Virus record (IMG/VR): IMGVR_UViG_3300035676_000528
Coordinates: 1 to 33,969 of that record
Strand: one strand, 5' to 3'
Origin: a virus
Lineage: Duplodnaviria; Caudoviricetes
DNA: 33,969 nucleotides
This document shows positions 23,362-32,635 of this stretch, one piece after another. Positions within the stretch are counted from its first letter, which is position 1. Each line of letters starts with the position of its first letter. Below the pieces are notes generated by a model. That model saw only the letters and a list, made by a program, of their open reading frames with translations. It was not told where the DNA came from and ran no database searches. The position numbers and the translations under genes are program-made.

Positions 23362-26300
23362 CTACACCGGCCGGCGGAAGCCGAGCAGGCTCGCCTTGAG
23401 GTTCAACTTGCGCTCGATCCGATCGACGAGCAGATCGATATCGCGGTCGTCGCGGACGCTGTTGCCTGTCACATTGATGACGACGGTGGTGCCAGTTCCG
23501 CCCATTGGCGTCGCCATGACCTCGCGCGGGTTGGAGAGAATGGCGACCGTCTCCGTGCCCGCCTCGCCAACGGTCATCGTTTGGGCGCCAGTCGTATTGA
23601 AGAGGGCGCCGGAAGCTTTCGCCTCTATCCCCCTGTAGTTGGACCGCTGTTCATTCGTCTGCCCAGTCGGGTTCGTGAGCGCCTGCCAGTAGATCTTGAC
23701 CATGTTCTGGAAGTTGGACGCGATGGCGACGTACCACTTGTTGACAGAGCCCATGACGGTCGCGGAGGCGGTGATGGCGGCACTCACTATGGCGTTCTGG
23801 TTCGCCATGTTCTGCTCGATGTAGGAGTTGAGCTGGTTGGCGACACGCTGCCGCTTCTTGTCCAGAACAGCCAGCTCCTTCTCGTTGAGGGCGATCTGGA
23901 TGTTGGCTACGTAGCTCTTATCCAGAAGCTCAAGACCCTTCCGCAGATCGGTGATCTGGCGCTCGACCGTGACGTCGAAGATCTTGATTCCGAGGCGGTA
24001 TTGCTTGCCGGCGATCTTCGCCTGTTCCTTCTGGATGTCGAGCTGCTTCTGAGCGTATGCGGCCTCGATCTTCGCCTGCTCGATCCGGGCGGCGCGCTCC
24101 TCCGCGGTCACACCCGGGGCCTGGAACCCTGCGATGGCGACCTGGAAGTTGATCTGGCGCTGGGACAGCTGGATCGAGATCTGCTGCGCCTGGAGAGAGA
24201 GCGCCTGGTTCTGGCGCTCCAGAAGCACCTGCTCCCTGTTCAGGACACCGAGACGGCCCTTCTCGGCATCAGCCACCCGCCCCGCCAGCGCGAGCGCGTC
24301 GTTGTAGTCACGGAGCATGATCCGGCGCTGGTTGTGGTACTGGGCCGCGGTGAGGTTCGCCGAAATCCTGGCGCTTTCTGCGCTGATCCTTGCCATCTCC
24401 TGGCCGATACTCGTGAGGGTATCGAGCAAACCCCGGGCGGCAGGCTGGTCGGCCGGGCTGATCATGTTCAGCACGGTCTGCTGCTGCTCGGCGATCGTTT
24501 TCCCATATGCTTGCTGCTCAGCCGTTTGCAGCGCCTGAACGCGAGCCGCCTGGACCGTCAGTGCCTTCCCGCCGGTCGGAACCTCCGCGATCAACGGAGC
24601 GAGGCCGGCTTCTACCGGCACCGGCGGTTCCATGAGCCGCTGGAGTGCTCCTTGGGCAGGAAGGGCAACGTTCCGCTGGAAGCGGGCCATCATCTCGTTG
24701 CCTTCGAGTTGGGCCGTCAATTGCTGCTTGGTGAGGTTGATGAATTGCTGCTCGTCTACGTAGGTCCGTCCAGTAGCAAACTGCTGGACAAGCTCAGCGA
24801 CAAGCCGAGCCTGTTCGGCTGGTGTCTTCCCGGTGAGGCCTTCGACGCCGACCCCGGCCCGCATCATCTTGTCCAGCAATGCCGGCGCCTCGCCACCGAG
24901 CCTTTCGCCTGCGGCAACCATTGCGGCCCGGACATCCTTGTCGACATCGTCAAGCTTCGTACCGAACTCCTTGAAGCTCACGGCCGTTTGAGAGGTCGCC
25001 GAGTCGAGCATGCCCATGTGGTATGCGCCGCGTCTGGTCGTGGCGTTCAGGTCGTCGATGTACTTGGTCCGGACCTTCTCGGATGCGGATAGCTTGTCGG
25101 CGACTTCCGTGCTGACCTTGATGCCGGCAATCTGGTCGCGATAGGCGTTGATTTCGTTCTGGATCGGCCGATTCTGGGCCTCAACCGCTCTGACTGCGCC
25201 TTGATACTGCTGTTCTGACGTGTACCCCTCTCTGATCGGAGTGGGGGTGAGCTGCGCCTCCAGGTTGGCGATGTACTGCTCCATTTCAGGAGCTGGATTC
25301 AGGTTGGTGATATCGGCGGTGAATGCAGTGATGTCATCGGATACACGCTGAAGTACGCCGGGAGTACCGCCCATCTGCTCGGCCAGCAACGCCCCGCCAA
25401 GGATTCCGCCCTGCCCCTCGAAGAGGTTCGAGGGGTATCCCATGTACTTTCCGGTGCCACGCGAGGCGTACGAGGCGGCTCGCCACATGTCAGAGGCAGC
25501 CATGTTGGCCCTTGATCCAGCCATGGCCTGGGCGCTTGGCATGACGTTTGCGCCAATGAACTTGGCTGCTTCGTCAGAGAGGCCAGCCATGACAGATTGC
25601 TGGGCGAGCGCCGCCTGTGTGTTGCCATGCAAGGCGGTGACCTGGTCGCGAAGCGACTTGGTGACCTTGTCGTTGGTGGCCTGGAAGTGGAGGCTCTGGT
25701 CAGCGGCCCTGCCAGTGGCATCCATTACAAGGGCCATTCCCTTGTCGATGGCCGCGCTGAACATTGTGAATGCCTTGACACCGACGAACAGACCGCCGAC
25801 CTGCATGAAGGACGCCATGCGGCCAGATGCCTTGCTGAAGGCGTCGTCTGTCTCCTTCAGCCGCTCAGTCGCAGTTTTCTCGGCCGCAGCCCGTTCCTCG
25901 GTGCTCTTTGTAAGCCTCTCAACTTCCTGATTGGCTACCTTGTATGCGTCGCTACTTTCCTTGTATTGCGCCTTGATTGCTTCTCTGTTCTGTACCGCCA
26001 GATCAAGACGCTTCTCTTCGAGATTGGTTTGTTCCTTGGCGGTGACGAGGGCGTTGTAGGCCTCGGTCCGCGCCTCCAGAGCGCGCTCCATGCGCGGCTT
26101 GACGCCGGTCAGGCGGGCGAAGATCTGGGCGAACGCGACACCAGGAGCGCGTTCCGGCATCATCTGCCGGGCGTAGGCGAACTTGCCTAGCTGTTCCTGA
26201 ACCTGCGCTTCGGCCACTGCCCTGGAGGATGGCCCTCCGCGTTCCTGTCGCGGCTCGGTTTCGAGATCGAGCTTCCTGATCGCTTCTTCGTACTGCTCCT

Positions 26301-29300
26301 GCGCCGTGGGCTTTGGCTTCGGTTCGCCAGCAGCCTTAGTCTTCTTTTTGGCGTCGGCATCCGCTTTCTTCTTCTCGTCGGCTGCCTCTTTCGCCGCCCT
26401 TGCCCGAACCTTCTCTTCACCCTTGGCCTGGGTGACTTCCGGTTCCATCTCGGCCTTCATCCGCCTGACTTCGGCTCGCCACATGCGGTCGATCCCAGAG
26501 GTTTCAGCCGCGCCACGGGCAGTCGTTGCAGCCTTGAAATCAGGCGGGAGCATGCTGACGCCCGAGCTTGTGATTGGCCCAGACGGCAGCATCGTGATCT
26601 TCGGATACTTCGGAGCCGCAGCAGCCACGGCCGGCGCTCCGGAGGTCTTGGCTTTCTCCTCTTCGGCAGCCTTGGCCTTCTCATCGGCCTCGATCCGCTT
26701 GCCAAGCTCGCCGGATACGGCAGCAGCACCGACTTCTTCCTCGGTGGCATAGCCGTACTTCTTCATGACGGCTTCGACCGAGGTCTCGATGGGCTCGTTC
26801 GTGTGACCGCTAAACCCTGAGCCCTTCATCACTTTGAACAAGGACCCGGGCTGGGTCGTGTTCGTCAGGAGCTTGTTCAGTTCATCGAAGTTCGTTACGT
26901 GAACATTGACGACGCCCTCGCCGCCGCCAGGCATCTTGCCGGTCTTTGGAGGCTTCGGCTCGCCTGGACCGCCGGTCGCCGCCCCGGCCTTGATCCCCAT
27001 GTACTGTTCGGCGACCGCCATCTCCTCGGCGTTGGTGACGCGGCGACCCATCTGCGGGCCACCCTCCCAGAACGCCCAGGTCTGGCCCTTCTTCTTGCGC
27101 TCGTAGCGGATCTTCTCGGGCTCCACCTCGCCGCCGAGCGTTGTCGGCATCGCCTTGCGAACGCGCTCCGCTCGCTGTTCCCTCTCAGTTGCCTGGAGAC
27201 GATCGAGCGTCGGCTGCAGCTCCTCGTTCTGGGCACGAAGTTCGGCGATATCCGGTTCGTACTGAGAGCCTGCGTAGAATGCAGCTGGACCCTGTGCCTC
27301 ACGCGCTCTCAGGTATGTCTCCCGCTCGGCCGCAATCTGCTCGGGCGAGACCTTCGGCTTGCCAACTAGTGGCGCCAATTCCTTGAGCCTGGCCTTGACA
27401 TCCCACTTGACCGCGAAACGCCTTCGATAGTTGAAGCCGGTCTTCTTGGCGTTCCTGGCCCAGTAGACATCGTTCCGGACTTCATTCGCTACCCGATCCC
27501 GGATTTCCTTCTCAGTCCAGCGCTCTTCGAGGCGCTCCTTTGCTCGCTCATCGAAATACGACAGCTGATCGGTAAGCCATTTGCGCCGCATGGGAACAGA
27601 GGTGGCGTCGAGCTGCTCGGCCCTGGACCGAGCCTCCTCGCCTCTTTGCTCCAGTTCCCGAATGCGGGTGTTGTTTATCGCGATCGTGCTCTTGATGCGC
27701 TCGATCGCTTGCCTGTTGGGATCGCCCTTCGCTTTCCGCTGGCCACGACGGTGGCGGGCAGCAGCCTTCTCGCCGGCCTCCATGCCGGCGTAGCGACGAA
27801 GCGTTTCGATGTCCTCTGCGGGCATCTGCCTCGTCATTTCCTCTTCGACGAAGCCGTGGTAGGCAGCCCGCTGTTCCTCGGTCGGTTCCGCTATCTCCTG
27901 GAACTGCGCCTTGAACGGGGCCTCGATCTCGCCGGCTCGCCTTCGCAGGCCACGGAGTCGCTCGCGCAGGGCCTCGGAGGCTGTGCCCCTCGCGCCCTCG
28001 TAGAGTTCCCTGCGCTTCTGGATGCCAGCTTCGGTGCCGCCAGCGAATGCTTCTCTGCGAGCCTGTCGCATCGCAGCCGCTTCATCGAAGGGATTGATGA
28101 CGCCCTCTTCGGTGATCAGCTCGCGCGGGCCTTGAATACGGTATCCAATCCCGAGTTCCCTGGAAGCTCCAAGCTCAGCCCCGTATTGAGCCTGCTCAAT
28201 TCCCTTCTCGGCCCTCAACCAGCGTTTGACGTTGGATGTCGCCTTGACCGGCTTGCCGGCCCGAATGGCGTCGAGGACCGCACTCGCAGATCCCCATTCA
28301 TCGACAAGGGCGCGGGCAGGTTTGACAACCCGGGACTCATAGCCCCTCGGGGTCATGCTGCCCGAGATCCTAGCCCGCTTCTCTGCCGCGACCCTTCGTG
28401 CTTGCCTCGGGGTGGGGACAGTTCCACGTGCGACGCGCTCGCCAAAACGGCGCTCGTTTTCCTCGAACGCACGCCGGCTCGAACCTGGCTTTACTCCCCT
28501 GCTGGAAGCCCATGACGGACGGAGGGCGTTCGGGCCGGTGTCGCGATCGGAGCCTGGGCCAGTCTCCCCCCAACGCGAATACCACTCCCCGATCAGCCCC
28601 TCATTGGTCAGGAAGTCGGCCTCATTCTGATTGATCGTTATGCCGAGCTGCTGGAGTGCCTCCGGATAGACGATCCCCTCCATGCCGAATTCGCCGGACA
28701 TGATCCGGCCCATGGTTTCGCCGATCGACCGCGACCCGGGGACCTGCTCCATCTTTCGCCGCAGGCGCCCAACGAAGCGGCCCCAGTTCTCCGGGCCGAC
28801 TCGCTTCTTCAGGGCGAGTCGATCATCGATGAGTTTTTGCCTGGCCCGAGCTTGGGTAAATCGGACATTCTCGACCTTGCCTTGACCTGGCTGCCTGGTT
28901 CCCCTGGCCGGTCCGGCAATGTCCGCCATCATGCGGTTGACGTATTCCTCATCCCATACAGCCGGCTTAGCTTCCTGGGTGAGTCTGGTCCTGCCCTGGA
29001 GATCGGTAGACCAGCGGTAGCCCGTATCCATGCTGAGCTGGCCGAGCCGTCTTTCGAGCTTCGCTGCTCCCTGGCCGAACTTGAGACGTTCCTCAAGGGT
29101 GGCGTTCGGACCGAAATACTCAGCTGCCGTGAAGGCCTCTTCCTCTCCCGTCTCGGGATTGATGCGAGTCCACGGGGCAATATTTGGATTAGCCTCTGCG
29201 GCTCCCCTCCATGGTTCGAGAAGCTTGGCCTCGTACTCGCGCTGGGCCGCAGCCAACGATTCTGGGTCCCTACGCGTACGCCGCCTTACCTCGAAATAGG

Positions 29301-30891
29301 GGCTACGCCCACCGCGCCCAGGCATGACCCGGTAGTTGTACATCGAGCGACGGGCCTCAAAGGCCTCGTTCGCCCGCATCCACTTGTCAAGCTCCGCAGA
29401 CTCAATCGCCCGCGGCGTTCCTTCGGGAAGCTCCGGTCTGACCGGCCTGCTCGCCTCATCAATACCAAGCGCTTGCTGAGCTGCTTTCCATTGCTCGGTA
29501 GCCCACGCATCGAGCCTCTTCCGATTTGCCTCGTCGTAACCGCCCTCGGGCATGGCTCCGAGTTCTTTCGGCGCCCTGATTCTTCCCTTGAAGCGCCCGA
29601 ATAGGGCCGTTTCCCTTACCCAAGCCGTCTCGGGTAGCGACCTGATACGTGGCGCCCGTCCGCCCAGGATCGCGGCGATGTCAGGCGCATAGGCAGAGGT
29701 AGGCGTTCCGGAAATGTTGCCCGCATTGAAACGCGACCCCGGATCGAACGGGAACGGTTCCGTCCCCTCCCGGAAGCCAGCCCTGCCTCCGAGAACGGGC
29801 CCAGCCTCATGGGCGCGCTGGCCCTGCATCATGCGGAAGAGTTGCAACTCCCTGGGCTCAGGGCGCTCCGCCAGCCAATTCGGTTGGAGCTGCTGCTGGA
29901 TCGCGAGCGCTTCGGGGGTACGGATGGTCCATGCCCGACGGTAATCCGTCGGCATGCCCCACTCCTGCTGCATGAAGGTACGCATCTCGGGCGTCATCGC
30001 CCGAGCGCCTTCTACCCATCCAGCGCGAGGGATCGTTCCAGGAGGGCCAGACGGATGCGGCGGGATACGAAGGATCTCCGGAATGTTCCGAGCCCGAGCC
30101 GTCGGCCTTCTCTGCCTGGATGTGTAGTCGATCCGATCGGCTCGTTCGACTTGTTCCCGGAGACGAGTGACCTCTTGCTTCTTCTTCTCGATCTCTTTTG
30201 CGTTGCTCTCGATGGCTTCATTGACGGTCTCAATGAGCCTGAGGACTTCAGCTTCCTGCGGGCTTACCGGTGGAGCAGAGGGAACCGGTGGGGTGATCGC
30301 AGCCGCTGCTTGCGTCCTGCCCTTCTGGGCCTTCTTACCCCCGGTGGCCTTGCCGCCGCCACCGGAGATAGCAATGGGACCGGACAGCGAAACACCGCCA
30401 GTCCCGCCGCCACCCTGCACCTGGAGCCCTTCGACCTGGAGGGTGACCTTGAAGGTATGGCTATTCAGGGCCTCCTGGATCTTGGAGGCGAGCTTCTCTG
30501 GGTCGATCGAGAAGTCAGAGATCGACGCTTTAAGCTTCGCGTCGTCCAGCAGCCTCTGCAGATTCTCGATCGCGTTCGTGCCGAGCGTGAGCGACGTAAC
30601 AGAGGCAGCCATCGCTGCCTTGTCAAGCTGTCCCTGAAGGTTCTCGGTGGCCTTGGTATCGAGCGCAAAGCCTACGGGGAGCTGGGCGGGAGCCTTCTTC
30701 GCCGCCTCCAGCGCCATCCGCTGGAGGTTCTGTCGCTCCTTCGGGGGGATGGTTGAGTTGACCTTGAGCAGGACCTCAACCGACTTGCCGATCGAGGCCA
30801 GGCCGTTGTTGATCGCCTCTAGCTTGCTTTCAAAATCGCCTAGATCGATGGTCGCGGCGACGGCAATCTCGCCAACGACTTCTCCGGGCAT
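23362..30891 (-). CDS. Tape measure protein (2509 aa)
   Basis: Follows the frameshifted chaperone. N-terminal VGEIAV...D...F, long Ala/Gln/Glu-rich helical tracts, and C-terminal ASG...VGEAGTETV and VVINVTG motifs. Confidence 0.88.
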   Translation of the reverse strand: MPGEVVGEIAVAATIDLGDFESKLEAINNGLASIGKSVEVLLKVNSTIPPKERQNLQRMALEAAKKAPAQLPVGFALDTKATENLQGQLDKAAMAASVTSLTLGTNAIENLQRLLDDAKLKASISDFSIDPEKLASKIQEALNSHTFKVTLQVEGLQVQGGGGTGGVSLSGPIAISGGGGKATGGKKAQKGRTQAAAAITPPVPSAPPVSPQEAEVLRLIETVNEAIESNAKEIEKKKQEVTRLREQVERADRIDYTSRQRRPTARARNIPEILRIPPHPSGPPGTIPRAGWVEGARAMTPEMRTFMQQEWGMPTDYRRAWTIRTPEALAIQQQLQPNWLAERPEPRELQLFRMMQGQRAHEAGPVLGGRAGFREGTEPFPFDPGSRFNAGNISGTPTSAYAPDIAAILGGRAPRIRSLPETAWVRETALFGRFKGRIRAPKELGAMPEGGYDEANRKRLDAWATEQWKAAQQALGIDEASRPVRPELPEGTPRAIESAELDKWMRANEAFEARRSMYNYRVMPGRGGRSPYFEVRRRTRRDPESLAAAQREYEAKLLEPWRGAAEANPNIAPWTRINPETGEEEAFTAAEYFGPNATLEERLKFGQGAAKLERRLGQLSMDTGYRWSTDLQGRTRLTQEAKPAVWDEEYVNRMMADIAGPARGTRQPGQGKVENVRFTQARARQKLIDDRLALKKRVGPENWGRFVGRLRRKMEQVPGSRSIGETMGRIMSGEFGMEGIVYPEALQQLGITINQNEADFLTNEGLIGEWYSRWGETGPGSDRDTGPNALRPSWASSRGVKPGSSRRAFEENERRFGERVARGTVPTPRQARRVAAEKRARISGSMTPRGYESRVVKPARALVDEWGSASAVLDAIRAGKPVKATSNVKRWLRAEKGIEQAQYGAELGASRELGIGYRIQGPRELITEEGVINPFDEAAAMRQARREAFAGGTEAGIQKRRELYEGARGTASEALRERLRGLRRRAGEIEAPFKAQFQEIAEPTEEQRAAYHGFVEEEMTRQMPAEDIETLRRYAGMEAGEKAAARHRRGQRKAKGDPNRQAIERIKSTIAINNTRIRELEQRGEEARSRAEQLDATSVPMRRKWLTDQLSYFDERAKERLEERWTEKEIRDRVANEVRNDVYWARNAKKTGFNYRRRFAVKWDVKARLKELAPLVGKPKVSPEQIAAERETYLRAREAQGPAAFYAGSQYEPDIAELRAQNEELQPTLDRLQATEREQRAERVRKAMPTTLGGEVEPEKIRYERKKKGQTWAFWEGGPQMGRRVTNAEEMAVAEQYMGIKAGAATGGPGEPKPPKTGKMPGGGEGVVNVHVTNFDELNKLLTNTTQPGSLFKVMKGSGFSGHTNEPIETSVEAVMKKYGYATEEEVGAAAVSGELGKRIEADEKAKAAEEEKAKTSGAPAVAAAAPKYPKITMLPSGPITSSGVSMLPPDFKAATTARGAAETSGIDRMWRAEVRRMKAEMEPEVTQAKGEEKVRARAAKEAADEKKKADADAKKKTKAAGEPKPKPTAQEQYEEAIRKLDLETEPRQERGGPSSRAVAEAQVQEQLGKFAYARQMMPERAPGVAFAQIFARLTGVKPRMERALEARTEAYNALVTAKEQTNLEEKRLDLAVQNREAIKAQYKESSDAYKVANQEVERLTKSTEERAAAEKTATERLKETDDAFSKASGRMASFMQVGGLFVGVKAFTMFSAAIDKGMALVMDATGRAADQSLHFQATNDKVTKSLRDQVTALHGNTQAALAQQSVMAGLSDEAAKFIGANVMPSAQAMAGSRANMAASDMWRAASYASRGTGKYMGYPSNLFEGQGGILGGALLAEQMGGTPGVLQRVSDDITAFTADITNLNPAPEMEQYIANLEAQLTPTPIREGYTSEQQYQGAVRAVEAQNRPIQNEINAYRDQIAGIKVSTEVADKLSASEKVRTKYIDDLNATTRRGAYHMGMLDSATSQTAVSFKEFGTKLDDVDKDVRAAMVAAGERLGGEAPALLDKMMRAGVGVEGLTGKTPAEQARLVAELVQQFATGRTYVDEQQFINLTKQQLTAQLEGNEMMARFQRNVALPAQGALQRLMEPPVPVEAGLAPLIAEVPTGGKALTVQAARVQALQTAEQQAYGKTIAEQQQTVLNMISPADQPAARGLLDTLTSIGQEMARISAESARISANLTAAQYHNQRRIMLRDYNDALALAGRVADAEKGRLGVLNREQVLLERQNQALSLQAQQISIQLSQRQINFQVAIAGFQAPGVTAEERAARIEQAKIEAAYAQKQLDIQKEQAKIAGKQYRLGIKIFDVTVERQITDLRKGLELLDKSYVANIQIALNEKELAVLDKKRQRVANQLNSYIEQNMANQNAIVSAAITASATVMGSVNKWYVAIASNFQNMVKIYWQALTNPTGQTNEQRSNYRGIEAKASGALFNTTGAQTMTVGEAGTETVAILSNPREVMATPMGGTGTTVVINVTGNSVRDDRDIDLLVDRIERKLNLKASLLGFRRPV

Positions 30892-30907
30892 CTCTGCTCC
30901 TATGGGA

Positions 30908-31368
30908 TTAGGAGTCAGGCTCTGTGTCGTTCACCGCCTGGTGCTCTGAGTCCTTGACCTTGAAGTAGTAGGCGACGAGATCGTGGTAGTAATCGATCGG
31001 AAAGCCGGCCATCTCGTGCGGCCAGCCCCCGAACATCCTGGCGATCTCAAACCGGAGGAGCTTCTCCGGTCTCAGTCGTTTTTTGCCTCTTCCTCATCTT
31101 CGGCAGGCGAGTTCAGATCGTTGACGATCTCGGCGAACTTGAGGTAGGCGCGGTTGGGCATCTCGGCCAGGTCGTCGATGGTGATCTTCGGATCGACGAT
31201 CGACTTGGCGATCATGACCCGCATCATCCGGCGTGCGTCGATGTTGCCCTTGTCATCCCGGGAGGCGTCAGCGCAGAAGTCGTTCTCGGCCACGGACAGC
31301 TCACGGAACTTGAACTTCTGGCCCTCGTATTCGATTTCCTTCTCGGCGAAGGCGAAGGTGAATGTCAC
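30908..31368 (-). CDS. Tail assembly chaperone, long (G-T) form via -1 frameshift
   Basis: After A-AAA-AAC, the -1 frame reads RLRPEKLLRFEIARMFGGWPHEMAGFPIDYYHDLVAYYFKVKDSEHQAVNDTEPDS to TAA at 30910-30908, just before the tape measure RBS. Confidence 0.82.
31072..31368 (-). CDS. Tail assembly chaperone, short (G) form (98 aa)
   Basis: GGAGG RBS then GTG 31368. FKFRELSVAE...SIVDPKIT..DLAEMP...VNDLN, ending AKND. Confidence 0.85.
   Translation of the reverse strand: MTFTFAFAEKEIEYEGQKFKFRELSVAENDFCADASRDDKGNIDARRMMRVMIAKSIVDPKITIDDLAEMPNRAYLKFAEIVNDLNSPAEDEEEAKND
31078..31084 (-). other. Programmed -1 ribosomal frameshift slippery site AAAAAAC
   Basis: GCA AAA AAC GAC TGA gives an in-frame X XXY YYZ heptamer one codon before the chaperone stop. 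Confidence 0.82.
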
Positions 31369-31700
31369 AGGAGATCCTCCTTGATCGGGATGACGGCTAC
31401 GCCTTGAGCCCACAGCTGGGGCTCTTCGAATCGAAGTGACTTCATCTTGCATCTGATCTTGTCCACCTTCTTGGTGTTCCGATCGCGCTTGATGACAAGC
31501 TCAATTTCCTTCCTGAACTCGTCGGACTCGATCAACTGCTTGTTGAAGTAAGACAAAACGGCGTGAAGAGAATACAGACCCTCATTCGGGCCGCTCTCTT
31601 CACGCCGTAGGGTCCAGGATCTGCAGATGCCCGCTACACCCCCGATAGAGGGAACGAGCACTTTGCCTTCCTGGCCCTCGAACGCACGAAATTGGAACAC
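31365..31700 (-). CDS. Tail-associated protein, probable divergent tail-tube paralog (111 aa)
   Basis: GGAGGAGG RBS. FEGQEGKV...VAGICRSWTLRRE resembles LHGKDGAI...VANRTEWTFQRN of the tube protein. Confidence 0.55.
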   Translation of the reverse strand: MFQFRAFEGQEGKVLVPSIGGVAGICRSWTLRREESGPNEGLYSLHAVLSYFNKQLIESDEFRKEIELVIKRDRNTKKVDKIRCKMKSLRFEEPQLWAQGVAVIPIKEDLL

Positions 31701-31728
31701 ATCCTCCTCCTGGTGGAGTTGAGGGTAT

Positions 31729-31757
31729 GGGGAGGGGGTGGAGGGCGACCCCCTCCC
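31729..31757 (-). promoter_or_regulatory. GC-rich hairpin after the major tail gene (attenuator or mRNA stabiliser)
   Basis: 9-bp perfect stem GGGGAGGGG/CCCCTCCCC with no U-tract. Confidence 0.5.
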
Positions 31758-31775
31758 CTGGATGTAGATGCCGAC

Positions 31776-32195
31776 TTAGAGATCGGTGATCCAGTTGCCG
31801 GCAGCGCGGAACTCGCCGGTGATCTTCACGGCGTCCGTGTTCGTGCAGTTGACCGTGGCATCGAGGAAGCCCGAGCCATGGGCAACGAGGACATCGGTCC
31901 CGCCGTTGACGTCCGTGCTGGCGTACAGGTAGATGAGCTGTGCGCCGGACGAGGCGTAGGTGAACATGAGGTCGCCCGACGTGTCGAGCAGGCCTGCGTA
32001 GGTGCCCTGGAGGTTCGGGAGACCGGCAAGGTAGGTCTTGTTCGTGTTCCCGAATGTGGTGGCATCGACATAGTCACGGTTGCGCTGGAAGGTCCATTCA
32101 GTCCGGTTTGCGACCTTCACGCCGACGCCCTTGGCGCCGCCGATATAGATCGCTCCGTCTTTGCCATGGAGCTTCGTGCCGCTGTTTGCAGCCAT
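31776..32195 (-). CDS. Major tail (tube) protein
   Basis: GKDGAIYIG, EWTFQRNRDYVDATTFG..KTYLAGL..QGT and AVKITGEFRAAG fit siphovirus tube proteins. Lies between the terminator and chaperone genes. Confidence 0.85.
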   Translation of the reverse strand: MAANSGTKLHGKDGAIYIGGAKGVGVKVANRTEWTFQRNRDYVDATTFGNTNKTYLAGLPNLQGTYAGLLDTSGDLMFTYASSGAQLIYLYASTDVNGGTDVLVAHGSGFLDATVNCTNTDAVKITGEFRAAGNWITDL

Positions 32196-32203
32196 CTCTT
32201 CTC

Positions 32204-32635
32204 CTAACCGCCGCTAGCGAGGGACTGGGCGGTCCATATCTCGTAGGTGCCGCCCACCTGATAGATCTTCTTCCCCTCTCCGTCCAGATCCGGTGGTATC
32301 ACCACATCGGCTGTCCGGCGGCAGATTAGGGTGGACTGCCCGCTCACATTCAAGGCCGCGTTGTGCAAAGCCTGCGAGACGAGGCCGTCGATGTTCCGGG
32401 CATCGACGCTGTTCTCCGCGATTACGAACACGTCAATACCGGCGGTGAGAATGACGCCCGTCCAGTCGTAGAACATGGGGGCGTATGCCACCTGGTAGAT
32501 GACGAATGGCCGAGTAGCCCCTCGCGGAGCCATGCCCTCCCAGAAGCCGCTGACGGCTGCCTTCAAGGGAGTCGAACCCCGAAGTGTCTGGACAAGAGCC
32601 TGGATGATGGGGCCAGTGCCTGTCGGGGCGGTCAT
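32204..32635 (-). CDS. Tail terminator / completion protein (DUF3168, SPP1 gp17-like)
   Basis: IIQALVQTL..., APRGATRPFVIY, IDVF and ARNI...V..AL, in the canonical gene order. Confidence 0.82.
   Translation of the reverse strand: MTAPTGTGPIIQALVQTLRGSTPLKAAVSGFWEGMAPRGATRPFVIYQVAYAPMFYDWTGVILTAGIDVFVIAENSVDARNIDGLVSQALHNAALNVSGQSTLICRRTADVVIPPDLDGEGKKIYQVGGTYEIWTAQSLASGG

Noticed and set aside
23245-25092. 615-aa + strand ORF, and other long + ORFs at 13677, 15261, 20104, 27646, 28837 and 29809
   Set aside because: These are antisense shadows of well-supported - strand genes, expected from GC-rich codon bias, and show no motifs.
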